Shown: one piece after another, positions 15,884 to 26,282 of the stretch
Layout: each line of letters begins with the position of its first letter
How positions within the stretch are numbered: the first letter of the stretch is position 1
Assembly: GCA_051746405.1 (NCBI GenBank)
Contig: JBNJFB010000033.1
Coordinates: 1-26,762 of the forward strand
From: Campylobacterota bacterium
GTDB lineage: Bacteria > Campylobacterota > Campylobacteria > Campylobacterales > Arcobacteraceae
DNA length: 26,762 nt
Reading direction: 5' to 3'
Notes under the pieces: generated by a model
Databases searched by the model: none
The model's input: the letters and a program-made list of their open reading frames with translations, nothing else
What the model was told of the DNA's origin: nothing
Made by a program: the position numbers and the translations under genes

Positions 15884-16492
15884 TTAAGACTGAACATAAA
15901 ACATAAGTCTGTCTTGAACTTCTAGACTTGAGGGCTTGATGTCTTCAATGTTTATTACTTTGTTGCAATCTGAACATAAAACTAATAAATTTTCCACATT
16001 ATATCCTCCACCATCTTCTATATTTTTCACAAAATTAATATTTGAATCATTTAATTCAATTGTCTGGCCACATCTATTACATCTTTTTTCATCTCTATTC
16101 CAAGCTAATTCTCTTCTAGCTTTCCAATCTCCTGGCTTTTGAGTTGAAGATACAGAATTCTTTTCATAACCACTCCATAATTTATCTTTTGAAACGGTTC
16201 CTTGTGTCATCTTCTCATAATCATAGTTTATAAATTGAGTTATAATATTCTCAACAATTATTGTTTGCCTAACTTTGATATCTTTTTCATTTTCACTCTT
16301 TTTTATAATGGCATAATTTATGGGTATAAAAGGATGATATTTATTCATATGAAGTTTTATATCATTTATAAACTCTTTTATACTACCTTTTGTATAAACA
16401 ATTGAGATTATCTTTTCTCTGTATATATAAAGTGGTATTATACTACTTAATAAAATAAGAGATGCTACTATAAACTTTATATCTAAATTCAT
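15884..16492 (-). CDS. Membrane-anchored HNH-fold (zinc-binding) protein
   Basis: N-terminal TM helix; W..RR......RD...CNRCG...GG.YNVENLLVLCSDCN pattern. Confidence 0.82.
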   Translation of the reverse strand: MNLDIKFIVASLILLSSIIPLYIYREKIISIVYTKGSIKEFINDIKLHMNKYHPFIPINYAIIKKSENEKDIKVRQTIIVENIITQFINYDYEKMTQGTVSKDKLWSGYEKNSVSSTQKPGDWKARRELAWNRDEKRCNRCGQTIELNDSNINFVKNIEDGGGYNVENLLVLCSDCNKVINIEDIKPSSLEVQDRLMFYVQS

Positions 16493-16512
16493 CTATTACC
16501 TTGCAGTACCAT

Positions 16513-17616
16513 TTAGATTATTTCTGGATTTACTACATGTTTATCTAATGTTTGCTTAACTTCTTTATGGTTTCCTATTGCTAGTTTTTGTACTTCATTT
16601 ATATGTAGTATTGGTAGAACTATGTCTCTACCACACTGTTTTTCTAAAAGTTTTCTATTATAATCAAATATATAAAAATCTTGCTCGTTATCAACTATTA
16701 GAAAATCAGCTGCACTATCAAATGCATCTAACACTATTTTTGAAGCTAAAAAGTAAGTTAATTTGGGATTTACATGAAAACTGTTTTTTGCTAAATCCAT
16801 ATTTTTTGTATCCAAATTTAAGAGTTTTCCTTCTAGTTTATCTAAAAAAAGCAAATACTCTTTGTTTATAGTATTTGAGCTATTATAATAAGCATAATTA
16901 AAATCTTTAAAATCATGCTTGATTTCATACTCTTTTTCAAAATTAGCAAAATCTATAATTAAAGTATTTTTAACTCTAAAATTCTGTTTTGATTCTTCTT
17001 CATAACAGTTTAAAGCCTTTTGTAGATCTTTGATTCTATTTTCATACTCATTATTAAAGTTTAGAAACTTCTTTTTTGAACTGCTGTAATACAAAGCTCC
17101 TTCTTCATAAGAGGATAAAGCTAGAAGTATTTCATTTTTTGTGTTCTCATCTGAGCTATCCATGATTTTTGAAGCTAAAATAAGTACTGCATCACCTATG
17201 TAGTCTCTATTATATTCTAAAGAGTCTGATGCGTAATAATAGGGTTTTAGTTCCTCATACTCTTGTTTTAACTCATCAGTTAAAAAATCTTTTAATAATT
17301 CAAGTTTTTCGTAAAAATCATTTTCATTTATTAGCAAGTCGTTTGAAGCTCTTACTATAGATATTGGCTCTATTTTTAAATCTGTTTGTTTGTTTGTTAG
17401 AATATCACTTAATTTATCTGAAGTTTTTACATATATATCATTTGCTACGATATTGAAGTTTTCATTTTTTTCGTATCCAAAACTCTCTTTTTTATCTAAA
17501 CTATTTAAAAGCTCTAAAAAAGTTGTATCTTTATTGATATCTAAAAAATGTTTTGTGTAATATGGTAAATAATCAGAGTTTTTGTCAAATCTAAATAACG
17601 AAATTTCTAGTTTCAT
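16513..17616 (-). CDS. Uncharacterised SdhB/FrdB-like + HdrB/CCG-like fusion protein lacking cluster cysteines (DUF5644-like)
   Basis: N-terminal LEISLFRFD...PYY, KIEPI.....DLLIN and DYIGDAVL resemble SdhB/FrdB; C-terminal DAFDSAADFLIV...GRDIVLPILH resembles the HdrB/SdhE CCG domain. Confidence 0.7.
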   Translation of the reverse strand: MKLEISLFRFDKNSDYLPYYTKHFLDINKDTTFLELLNSLDKKESFGYEKNENFNIVANDIYVKTSDKLSDILTNKQTDLKIEPISIVRASNDLLINENDFYEKLELLKDFLTDELKQEYEELKPYYYASDSLEYNRDYIGDAVLILASKIMDSSDENTKNEILLALSSYEEGALYYSSSKKKFLNFNNEYENRIKDLQKALNCYEEESKQNFRVKNTLIIDFANFEKEYEIKHDFKDFNYAYYNSSNTINKEYLLFLDKLEGKLLNLDTKNMDLAKNSFHVNPKLTYFLASKIVLDAFDSAADFLIVDNEQDFYIFDYNRKLLEKQCGRDIVLPILHINEVQKLAIGNHKEVKQTLDKHVVNPEII

Positions 17617-17719
17617 AATAGTCTTATCACCTTTTTTGTAGTTGGACTTATTTTATTTGATTTTAACTTAAAAAAATGATAAGAGTATCTACATTTAGTC
17701 TAATATTATTAAAAGTGTC

Positions 17720-18985
17720 CTATTCTGTAAACCTTTTAACATTTACACCTATTTTTTTAAGCTTAACTTCAAGATTTTCATATCCCCTATCAAGATGATA
17801 GATTCTATGTATATCAGTTTCACCTTTTGCAACTAATGCAGCTAAAACTAAAGCCGATGAAGCTCTTAAGTCTGTTGCCATAACATCTGTACCATTTAAA
17901 GTTTGGCTATTTCCATTAATAGTAGCGATATTTCCATTTAAGTGTATATCTGCTCCAAGTCTTAAAAGTTCACTTACATGCATAAATCTATTTTCAAATA
18001 GTCTTTCATCAATTGTACTTACGCCATTTGCCTGTGTTGAAAGCGCCATAAACTGAGCTTGCATATCAGTTGGAAACCCTGGATATTCACTTGTTACAAT
18101 ATTTACAGGTCTTATTTCATTTGTTGGGAGTATAGTCACACTTGTGTTGTCTTGAATTATTTCAAAATTCATCTCTTCTAGTTTTGAAGTAATAGCTTCA
18201 AGGTGTAAAGGAATTACATTAGTTAGTTTTAGTTTTCCATTTGTAATAGCAGCTGCACAAAGATAAGTACCTGCTTCAATTCTATCAGGAATTATACTAA
18301 AGTTTTTAAAGTTAAGTAGCTCTTTATTTGTTCCTTGTATTTCAAGTTTTGATGTACTAATACCTTTGATTTCAACTCCTGCGTTTATAAGTACTTCACA
18401 CAACTGCTCTATCTCTGGCTCTTTAGCTGCATTTATTATAGTAGTTTTACCATTTGCAAGTGCTGCTGCCATTAGTATATTTTCAGTTCCACCAACTGTA
18501 ACTTTATCAAAAACAATTTTTGCACCTTTTAAACCTTTTGGTGCTGAAGCTTGAATGTAACCATGCTTAATATCTATTGTTGCACCCATTTGCTCTAAGG
18601 CTTTTAAGTGTAAATCAACAGGTCTTTGTCCAATAGCACAGCCACCAGGAAGTGAAACTTCACACTGGCCAAATCTAGCTAAAAGTGGTCCAAGTACCAA
18701 AATCGATGCTCTCATAGTCTTCACAATATCGTATGTTGCTGTTGTTTTATCAATAGTTGAGGTATTGATTTTGACGCAAGATGACTCTTTTTGAAAGGTA
18801 CCACCTAATTTTTTAATAAGCTTTAAAAAAGTATTTATATCTACTACATCTGGCATATTAGAGATTGAAATCTCATTTTTGGCTAATATTGTAGCTGCAA
18901 TTAAAGGAAGTGCTGCATTTTTTGCACCTGATATTTGCACTTCTCCATCTATTTTACTATTACCTTCTATTTTTAAATATTCCAT
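17720..18985 (-). CDS. murA: UDP-N-acetylglucosamine 1-carboxyvinyltransferase
   Basis: [34 protein letters not shown] (catalytic Cys present), [10 protein letters not shown] and HLDRGYE motifs. Confidence 0.98.
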   Translation of the reverse strand: MEYLKIEGNSKIDGEVQISGAKNAALPLIAATILAKNEISISNMPDVVDINTFLKLIKKLGGTFQKESSCVKINTSTIDKTTATYDIVKTMRASILVLGPLLARFGQCEVSLPGGCAIGQRPVDLHLKALEQMGATIDIKHGYIQASAPKGLKGAKIVFDKVTVGGTENILMAAALANGKTTIINAAKEPEIEQLCEVLINAGVEIKGISTSKLEIQGTNKELLNFKNFSIIPDRIEAGTYLCAAAITNGKLKLTNVIPLHLEAITSKLEEMNFEIIQDNTSVTILPTNEIRPVNIVTSEYPGFPTDMQAQFMALSTQANGVSTIDERLFENRFMHVSELLRLGADIHLNGNIATINGNSQTLNGTDVMATDLRASSALVLAALVAKGETDIHRIYHLDRGYENLEVKLKKIGVNVKRFTE

Positions 18986-19109
18986 ATTTTTCCTACATTT
19001 TAAATAACAATTTAAAAATAATAATATCTAAAAATAGTTTAAACCTTGGAGTTTAATAAACATCTTTTAATAATAATAGCAATACAATTGCGATTTTAAA
19101 AGGTATAAA

Positions 19110-19994
19110 ATGGAGTATAGTGTAAAAACAGGTGTTAAATATATGTTGTTCGCATCACTTCTGTTTGCTTTGATGGGTGCTAGTGCAAAGCAGTTAAGTG
19201 ATTCTATGAGTTCAATTGAGATAGTTTTTTTTAGAAATGTTTTTGGAGTAGTTTTAATTTTATTTTCAATATATAGAAGTCCACTAAATCAAATAGGTGG
19301 AAAAGCTTGGCTTCTTATTTTTAGAGGTATGGCTGGTTTTATTGCATTGCTTTTCTTCTTTTATAATATTTCAGAAATTTCACTGGCAGAAGCAATGACA
19401 TTTTCAAAAACATCTGCAATATTTACAGCGATATTTGCTTATATATTTGTAAAAGAGAAATTGGGATTTAAAGGTTGGATGGGTGTATTTGTAGGATTCA
19501 TTGGTATCTTATTTATTACAAAGTTTGATGGTTCTAATTTGGATAAAACTGACTATTTAGGGGTATTGTGTGGTGTAGGTGCTGGTTTGGCATATACATC
19601 TATTAGAGAGCTTAGAAAATATTATGACAATAGGGCTATAGTGCTTTCTTTTATGACAATAGGTACAATAGGTCCTTTGATACTTTTAATAATTGGTGAA
19701 TTCTATACAAATGAAAGTTTAGACTTTCTTTTTGCACCATTTATTATGCCTAAAGGTGATGATTGGTTATTTATTATTTTATTGGGAATTTTTGCAACAT
19801 TTGCACAGATTTTTATGACAAAAGCCTACTCAAGCGCAAAAGCAGGGATTATAGGTACTATTGGATATAGTAATATTGCATTTTCAATTCTATTAGGAAT
19901 TTTATTAGGTGATAGTTTCCCTGATATTTGGATATCTTTTGGTATAGTTCTTATAATAGTAAGTGGAATTTTAGTTTCATCTAAAAAGGATTAG
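19110..19994 (+). CDS. DMT/EamA family transporter
   Basis: About ten TM helices in two EamA-like repeats (IVFFRN, IFVKEKLG). Confidence 0.9.
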   Translation: MEYSVKTGVKYMLFASLLFALMGASAKQLSDSMSSIEIVFFRNVFGVVLILFSIYRSPLNQIGGKAWLLIFRGMAGFIALLFFFYNISEISLAEAMTFSKTSAIFTAIFAYIFVKEKLGFKGWMGVFVGFIGILFITKFDGSNLDKTDYLGVLCGVGAGLAYTSIRELRKYYDNRAIVLSFMTIGTIGPLILLIIGEFYTNESLDFLFAPFIMPKGDDWLFIILLGIFATFAQIFMTKAYSSAKAGIIGTIGYSNIAFSILLGILLGDSFPDIWISFGIVLIIVSGILVSSKKD

Positions 19995-19999
19995 TTTAT

Positions 20000-21742
20000 A
20001 TGGATACATTTTTATTATATATAGAGGTTTTTTTACTTATATTTTTTATAATAATAACAGCTTGGTATGTACATGACAAATATGTACAAAGGGAACATCA
20101 ACTATTGGTAAATTACCCAATAATTGGAAGGTTGAGATATGTACTAGAAGAGGCAAGAGAACCTTTTAGGCAATACTTTGGTGATGAACAGTTTTATGAA
20201 TCAAAAGATAAATTAGATTGGGTATATAAAGCATCAAGTGATAAACCAAATTACGCTTCTTTTTCTCCATCACAGCCTTTACCAAAACCAAAGTTTATGA
20301 TAAGGCATGCAAATATCGTTTTAAATGATGATGAGATTGATAAAGATTTTGAAGTTATATTTGGTGTGAATAGAAAATATCCATATAAAGCAAAAACAAT
20401 ATTATCAAGAAGTGCTATGAGTGATGGTTCTATTTCACCTGAGGGAACAAGAGCATTTGTAAGGGGTGCTCAAATGGGAGGATTTCCTATAAACTCAGGT
20501 GAGGGTGGAGTTACTTCAAACTTTTTTGTTACTCATAAAGATTATAAGCCAGGTTATATGAATATTGTTCATGGTACAAATGCTGCAAAAAAGATTAAAG
20601 ATATTGTTGAGTTCTTTTTTAATGGCTCAATGGCTGCAGATGTTTATAGAAAGCTTGTCTTTAAATCAAATCCAGAAGCTGAGACGTATGTTTTTGATTT
20701 AAAATCTCAACTTTTTCATAGAATCAATTGGGATGCACCTTTAAAAGAGTTTCCAACTGAAGTACCCAAAGATATGCCAGATATTATTTTACAGTTAAGT
20801 TCAGGTTTGTATGGGGCAAGAGATAAAGATGGAAATTTTGACCCAGATAGATATCAAAAAACAATGAGATTTTGTAGAATGACTGAAATAAAAATTGCTC
20901 AAGGTGCAAAACAAACAGGTGGAAAGTTAGCAGCACACAAAGTAACACCTGCAATTGCATATTATAGAAATGTAAAGCCATATAAAGATGTTTTCTCTCC
21001 CAATAGATTTCCTTATGCAAAGACTATTGAAGAGTTATTTGATTTTATTGGAAAATTACAAGAGTTATCAGATAAACCTGTTGGAGTAAAAATAGTTATT
21101 TCAGATATTGAAAATATTGAACCATATGCAAAAGAGATAAAAAGAAGAATTGATGCAGGTGATAGTAGATACCCTGATTTTATATCTATTGATGGGGGCT
21201 CAGGTGGTAGTGCAACTGCTCCAATTGAGATGATGGAAAGAGTAGGATTAAATATTAGAGACTCTATTTATTTAGCAAATAAAGTTTTAGAGGAGTTTGA
21301 AATAAGAGATAAGGTAAAATTAGTAGCAAGTGGTAAAGTTCTTACCCCTGATGATATAATTATTATACTATCATTAGGAGCTGATTTTATTCAAATAGCA
21401 AGAGGATTTATGATGAGTGCAGGCTGTATTAGAGCTAGGTATTGTTCAGGTACTACAGGTCATGATTGTCCTGTTGGTTTGGCTACTCAAAATAAAGATA
21501 AAAGAAAGAAATATTTTGTTTATAAGCAGTCAAAGAAAGTAAGAAACTATCATAATAATTTATTAAAAGGAGTTAGGGGTATGCTTGCTATAATGGGACT
21601 TAAAAATATTAATCAACTAAATAAACATAGAATTCTATTTTTAGATAAAGACTCTAGGGTTCATGATAATATTGATTATGTATTTAAAAGAAGATTAGAT
21701 ATTGGAAAAGATTTACAGGATGAGTACCATGAATCTAGATAA
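20000..21742 (+). CDS. FMN-binding glutamate synthase family protein with N-terminal TM helix
   Basis: SAMSDGSIS, NSGEGG, EIKIAQGAK, KPVGVK, DFISIDGGSGGS, ARGFM and CIRARYC...CPVGLATQ motifs. Confidence 0.9.
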   Translation: MDTFLLYIEVFLLIFFIIITAWYVHDKYVQREHQLLVNYPIIGRLRYVLEEAREPFRQYFGDEQFYESKDKLDWVYKASSDKPNYASFSPSQPLPKPKFMIRHANIVLNDDEIDKDFEVIFGVNRKYPYKAKTILSRSAMSDGSISPEGTRAFVRGAQMGGFPINSGEGGVTSNFFVTHKDYKPGYMNIVHGTNAAKKIKDIVEFFFNGSMAADVYRKLVFKSNPEAETYVFDLKSQLFHRINWDAPLKEFPTEVPKDMPDIILQLSSGLYGARDKDGNFDPDRYQKTMRFCRMTEIKIAQGAKQTGGKLAAHKVTPAIAYYRNVKPYKDVFSPNRFPYAKTIEELFDFIGKLQELSDKPVGVKIVISDIENIEPYAKEIKRRIDAGDSRYPDFISIDGGSGGSATAPIEMMERVGLNIRDSIYLANKVLEEFEIRDKVKLVASGKVLTPDDIIIILSLGADFIQIARGFMMSAGCIRARYCSGTTGHDCPVGLATQNKDKRKKYFVYKQSKKVRNYHNNLLKGVRGMLAIMGLKNINQLNKHRILFLDKDSRVHDNIDYVFKRRLDIGKDLQDEYHESR

Positions 21743-22106
21743 GGTAATTTCAGGTTTTTTTATAATTTTGGCTATGACGCTAAACTTTGGATTTTTCTAT
21801 GGAGATATGAACTCTATAGAACACCATAGTAAGTATGAACTTTTTGCAGCAATAGTAATTAATATTATTGCAACGACTCTAAAATTGGGTGATAAAACAC
21901 AGTTGGGTTCTGTTTTGCTTGCAACCTCATTAGTTGCAGACATTCAGTTAATAACTGCTGCTATTGTTTGGGTAGTTGCAGCTTATGTATATACCCTTGA
22001 TGCTGAGATTGTTGGTCTTATTGTATCCTTATCAGGTGGTGCACTATTAGCAAATATTACATCAGTTGCATTATATGTAGGTGACACTTTAAAATCAAAG
22101 AGATAA
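21729..22106 (+). CDS. Small 4-TM membrane protein (DUF6394-like)
   Basis: Start moved to ATG 21729 (MNLDKVISGFF...), preceded by GGATGAG; LNFGFFYGD and LATSLVADIQL motifs; sits between the GltS-like and channel genes. Confidence 0.8.
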   Translation: MNLDKVISGFFIILAMTLNFGFFYGDMNSIEHHSKYELFAAIVINIIATTLKLGDKTQLGSVLLATSLVADIQLITAAIVWVVAAYVYTLDAEIVGLIVSLSGGALLANITSVALYVGDTLKSKR

Positions 22107-22109
22107 GTT

Positions 22110-23798
22110 TTGAAAAATAACTCTTTATTTATGATGTTACTAAAAATGCGAGTTCCATTTTTGGTAATTATTATAACTTATACTATTGCAATAGTTGGAT
22201 TACTTTTAATTGATGGAGTTGACAATAAAGGTAATCCTTACTCAATGAGTATATTTGATGCTTTTTATTTTATAAGTTATACTGCAACAACTATTGGATT
22301 TGGCGAAACTCCCTATGATTTCACATACGCTCAAAGAATATGGGTAAATTTTTGTATATATCTTACTGTTATTGGGTGGCTTTATGGAATTGGTTCTTTA
22401 ATTAGCTTATTACAAGATAAACTTTTTATTGAGGAGTTAGAAAAAGCAAAATTCTTACGTAAAGTAAAAAACTTAAATGGTAGCTTTATAATTATATTAG
22501 GTTATAATGATATTACAAAAAGAGTTATAAAAAAAGCTATGGAAAATGATGTAAGAGCAGTAGTCATAGAAAAAGATGAAGCAAAGATAAATAGCTTGAT
22601 TTTAGAAAATTTCACTCCAACTGTACCTGTTTTATCTGCAAAAAAATATACTTTAAATGTATTGCAAGCAGCTGGGATTGAAAAAGCAAACTGTAGGGCA
22701 ATTGTCTCTTTACTTGAAGATGATGCTTCAAATTTAAGAATTACACTTATCTCTAAGTTATTAAATAAGTATGTAAAAGTTGCTGTTAAATCTACCTCTT
22801 CAAATAATACTGAAAACCTAAAAGATTTGGATGCTAAAATAGTAGTAAATCCATTTTCAATTATCTCTTCTGAAATAAATATGGCACTAGTAGCTCCAAA
22901 TATATTTAAGCTTGAAAAGTGGCTATATAAAGTTGATACATTAACTGCAATCTCTCCATCATTTCCAAAAGGAACTTATGTTATTTGTGGATATGGAAGA
23001 ATGGGAAAAGCTATTTATGAAAAATTAAATGCAAATAATATTGATGCAAGATTAATTGAAATTGATACAAATAAAAAAACTATTTTAAGTAAGAATGAAA
23101 TCTCAAATATAGTATTTGCAGACGCAGATAATAAAGAGCTTTTAACAGAAGTTGGTATAAAAAAAGCTAGTGCAATAATTGCAGCAACAAATAATGATAC
23201 AACAAATTTATCTATTTTAGCAACTGCAAAAAAGTTAAATCCTGATATTGTTACAATAACAAGACAAAATGAACTAGAAGATGATACTATTTTTAAAGAA
23301 TCAAAAATAAATCATATTTTTATACCTTCAAAAATTTTAGTTAATAAAATAACAAATGCTCTAGTTAGTCCATTATGTGATAGATTTATAAAACTAGCAA
23401 TAAAAAAAGATGATGTTTGGGCAGGTGATTTAATATCTAAATTAATAAAACAAATAGGTGAAAACCCTATTTTAACTGAGTTTAAAATCAATGAAAGATT
23501 TGCTCCTATGTTGCAAAATTATTTAAATGAAAATAAGAGTTTAAAGTTAAGTATTTTAGGAGTATCTTTACATAATGCCAATCAACGAAATAATATAATG
23601 CCTTTATTACTTCAACGAGAAGATGATATAATTTTGCTACCATCATGGGAAGATGATATTAAAATAGGGGATAAACTACTGTTTGCATGTGATGAAAATG
23701 CAAAAAATGATATGGAGTATATTTGTCAAAACTCATATGAGTTTTATTATGCATTAAATGGTAAAGAGAAATTAACAATTTTTAAAGGAATCAAATGA
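22110..23798 (+). CDS. Potassium channel with 2-TM pore and tandem RCK/TrkA-N domains
   Basis: TTG start; pore helix and filter DAFYFISYTATTIGFGE; RCK motifs IILGYNDIT and VICGYGRMG. Confidence 0.9.
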   Translation: MKNNSLFMMLLKMRVPFLVIIITYTIAIVGLLLIDGVDNKGNPYSMSIFDAFYFISYTATTIGFGETPYDFTYAQRIWVNFCIYLTVIGWLYGIGSLISLLQDKLFIEELEKAKFLRKVKNLNGSFIIILGYNDITKRVIKKAMENDVRAVVIEKDEAKINSLILENFTPTVPVLSAKKYTLNVLQAAGIEKANCRAIVSLLEDDASNLRITLISKLLNKYVKVAVKSTSSNNTENLKDLDAKIVVNPFSIISSEINMALVAPNIFKLEKWLYKVDTLTAISPSFPKGTYVICGYGRMGKAIYEKLNANNIDARLIEIDTNKKTILSKNEISNIVFADADNKELLTEVGIKKASAIIAATNNDTTNLSILATAKKLNPDIVTITRQNELEDDTIFKESKINHIFIPSKILVNKITNALVSPLCDRFIKLAIKKDDVWAGDLISKLIKQIGENPILTEFKINERFAPMLQNYLNENKSLKLSILGVSLHNANQRNNIMPLLLQREDDIILLPSWEDDIKIGDKLLFACDENAKNDMEYICQNSYEFYYALNGKEKLTIFKGIK

Positions 23799-24592
23799 AA
23801 ATATTAACAGGACCATGTGTTTTAGAAGATAGAGATACAGTGATGAGAATTGCAGAAAAGTTAAAACCTTTAAGTGAAGATAAAAGAGTGGAGTTCTATT
23901 TTAAAGCTTCATTTGATAAAGCAAATAGAACAAGCTTAGATTCATATAGAGGACCTGGACTAGATGAGGGGTTGAAGCTATTTCAAGAAATAAAAGAGCA
24001 GTTTGGTTATAAGTTAGTAACTGATATTCATGAGTCCCACCAAGCTAAGCCAGCAGGTGAGGTTTTGGATATATTACAAATTCCGGCATTTGTATGTAGA
24101 CAAACTGATCTGTTAGTAGCTGCTGCACAAACGCAGTGTAAAGTAAATATTAAAAAAGGTCAATTTTTAGCAGCAGGTGCAATGAAGCACCCAGTTGAAA
24201 AGGTACTAAAAACTAGAGGTATTGATGAAGTAAGTTATGAAAATTCAAATAAAAAAGGTGTTTGGCTTTGTGAAAGAGGAAATACTTTTGGTTATGGTGC
24301 TTTAGTTGTTGATATGAAGAACTTAATTGCTATGAGAGAGTATGCACCTGTAATTTTTGATGCAACACACTCAGCACAAGTACCAAGTACTGGCGGAACT
24401 ACAGGTGGAAATAGTGCAATTGTTCCAAGCTTAGCAAAAGCAGCAGCTGCAGTTGGTGTAGATGGATTTTTCTTTGAAACACATACTAATCCAAGTGCTG
24501 CTTTAAGTGATGGACCAAATATGGTTCAAGTTGATGAGTTATATAAACTACTTGAAGAGATATTTGCTATAAAAGAGGTTTTAGGAAATTAA
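23795..24592 (+). CDS. kdsA: 3-deoxy-8-phosphooctulonate (KDO8P) synthase
   Basis: GPCVLE, KASFDKANRTS, QIPAFVCRQTDL, NIKKGQF, DATHS and ALSDGPN motifs. Confidence 0.97.
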   Translation: MKILTGPCVLEDRDTVMRIAEKLKPLSEDKRVEFYFKASFDKANRTSLDSYRGPGLDEGLKLFQEIKEQFGYKLVTDIHESHQAKPAGEVLDILQIPAFVCRQTDLLVAAAQTQCKVNIKKGQFLAAGAMKHPVEKVLKTRGIDEVSYENSNKKGVWLCERGNTFGYGALVVDMKNLIAMREYAPVIFDATHSAQVPSTGGTTGGNSAIVPSLAKAAAAVGVDGFFFETHTNPSAALSDGPNMVQVDELYKLLEEIFAIKEVLGN

Positions 24593-24650
24593 TCCTAAGC
24601 TTAAAATATATTAGATATAATCACAAAATTAATAAAAATTTGGAGAAATT

Positions 24651-25121
24651 ATGAAAATTATTGAAGGTAAGTTAAGATTAAATGGTGATGAAAAAGTTGC
24701 TATTATAAACGGTAGATTTAATCATATTATTACAGATAGATTAGTTGAAGGTGCAAAGGATGCTTTTGTAAGGCATGGTGGGAGTGAAGAGAATTTAGAG
24801 TTAATGTTGGTACCTGGCGCTTTTGAAATACCTTTTGCACTAGAAAAGGCACTGGCTAGTGGAAAGTATGATGCTGTGTGTTGTGTGGGTGCTATTATTA
24901 GAGGTTCAACTCCACATTTTGACTACATTTCAGCTGAAGCTACAAAAGGAATAGCAACTGTAACATTAAAATATAATAAGCCTGTTTCAAATGGTGTTCT
25001 TACAACAGATACACTTGAACAAGCAATTGAAAGAGCAGGTTCTAAAGCAGGTAATAAAGGTGCAGAAGCAATGGCAACTATTATTGAAATGCTTGACCTT
25101 TATAAAGAAATGGAGAAATAA
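24651..25121 (+). CDS. ribH: 6,7-dimethyl-8-ribityllumazine synthase
   Basis: [25 protein letters not shown] and [14 protein letters not shown] motifs. Confidence 0.97.
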   Translation: MKIIEGKLRLNGDEKVAIINGRFNHIITDRLVEGAKDAFVRHGGSEENLELMLVPGAFEIPFALEKALASGKYDAVCCVGAIIRGSTPHFDYISAEATKGIATVTLKYNKPVSNGVLTTDTLEQAIERAGSKAGNKGAEAMATIIEMLDLYKEMEK

Positions 25122-25123
25122 AA

Positions 25124-25519
25124 TTGGCAACAAGAACACAAGCAAGAGAGTCAGTAATTGGTTTACTTTATGCATATGATTTAGGAAATGAAGGAATTGC
25201 AAAGTTTATTGATGAAATTTTGGAGGATAAAAAGATTAGAAACAAACAAAAAGAGTTTGCATTAAAACTCTTTAATGGAACTATTGATAATCTTGAGACT
25301 ATAGATGAACAAATAAGCTCTTTTTTGAAACAACGAACAATAGATGATATAGGTTCAGTTGAGAAATCTATTTTAAGACTTGCAGTATTTGAGATAGTAG
25401 TTGAAAAATTAGATAAAGCAATAGTTATTAATGAAGCTATAGAGTTATCAAAAAGATTAGCTAGTGATGGTGCTCCTAAATTTATAAATGGGCTTTTAGA
25501 TAAAATAAAAAGAGCTTAA
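25124..25519 (+). CDS. nusB: Transcription antitermination factor NusB
   Basis: TTG start; RTQARE, ILRLAVFE, VINEAIELSK and KFINGLLD motifs; follows ribH. Confidence 0.96.
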   Translation: MATRTQARESVIGLLYAYDLGNEGIAKFIDEILEDKKIRNKQKEFALKLFNGTIDNLETIDEQISSFLKQRTIDDIGSVEKSILRLAVFEIVVEKLDKAIVINEAIELSKRLASDGAPKFINGLLDKIKRA

Positions 25520-25520
25520 A

Positions 25521-26219
25521 ATGTTGAAAAATATGGAACTTTGTATATCCCTTGATTTGCCAACAGCAAAGGAAAACCTAGAGTTAGTTAAGCAAATAAA
25601 AGATTATGATGTATGGTTAAAAGTTGGTTTTAGGACATATATTAGAGATGGAAAACCTTTTTTAGAAGAGTTAAAATCAATAAATAAAAATTTTAAAATA
25701 TTTTTAGATTTAAAGCTATATGATATTCCAAATACTATGGCAGATGCAGCATATGAAATAGCAAGTTTAGGACTTGTTGATATGTTTAATGTTCATGCAA
25801 GTGCAGGAAAAGAAGCTATGAATACAGTTATGGAAAGATTAGAAGATATTACAAATAGACCTTTAGTCTTAGCAGTTACTGCATTAACATCTTTTGATAA
25901 TGAATCATTTAAGCACATATATAATGAAAATATCAATACTAAAGCTGTAAAGCTTGCATATGATGCGTTTAACTCTAAAATAGATGGGGTGGTATGCTCT
26001 GCCTTTGAAAGCTTAGATATCAAAAGTAAGACCTCAAATGAGTTCATTACTTTATGTCCAGGAATAAGACCTTTTGGTGAAGATGCTCAAGACCAAAAAA
26101 GAGTAGCAACAATAGAAGTTGCTAAAGAAAATAGTGTTGACTTTATTGTAGTTGGAAGACCAATATATAAAGCAAATGAACCTAAAAAAGTAGTAGAAAA
26201 AATACTGAAAGGTTTATAA
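25521..26219 (+). CDS. pyrF: Orotidine-5'-phosphate decarboxylase
   Basis: FLDLKLYDIPNT, AVTALTS, PGIRP, DQKRV and IVVGRPI motifs; alternative start at 25533. Confidence 0.97.
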   Translation: MLKNMELCISLDLPTAKENLELVKQIKDYDVWLKVGFRTYIRDGKPFLEELKSINKNFKIFLDLKLYDIPNTMADAAYEIASLGLVDMFNVHASAGKEAMNTVMERLEDITNRPLVLAVTALTSFDNESFKHIYNENINTKAVKLAYDAFNSKIDGVVCSAFESLDIKSKTSNEFITLCPGIRPFGEDAQDQKRVATIEVAKENSVDFIVVGRPIYKANEPKKVVEKILKGL

Positions 26220-26282
26220 TAGTTATTTAAACATTATAAAAATATAGTAAGTAAATATTTTTTGTTAAAAAAATCAATAAAA

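Noticed and set aside
17622..17684. TCTTATCA...TGATAAGA inverted repeat between the SdhB-like gene and murA
   Set aside because: Only 8 bp, AT-rich and widely spaced; not distinguishable from background.
17720..18985. Intrinsic fosfomycin-resistant MurA variant
   Set aside because: The catalytic Cys in LPGGCAIG is retained, with no Cys-to-Asp substitution.
22078..22090. TAGGTGACACTTT, matching the island arm-site motif at 273-285
   Set aside because: A single copy inside a coding region (codons for VGDTL), far from the att core; most likely chance.
8481..25202. Short track ORFs opposite or inside core genes (8481, 10462, 11016, 11938, 14889, 15936, 16202, 16578, 18366, 20784, 24987, 24991; also 25793)
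   Set aside because: They overlap well-supported genes on the opposite strand or in another frame, as expected by chance.
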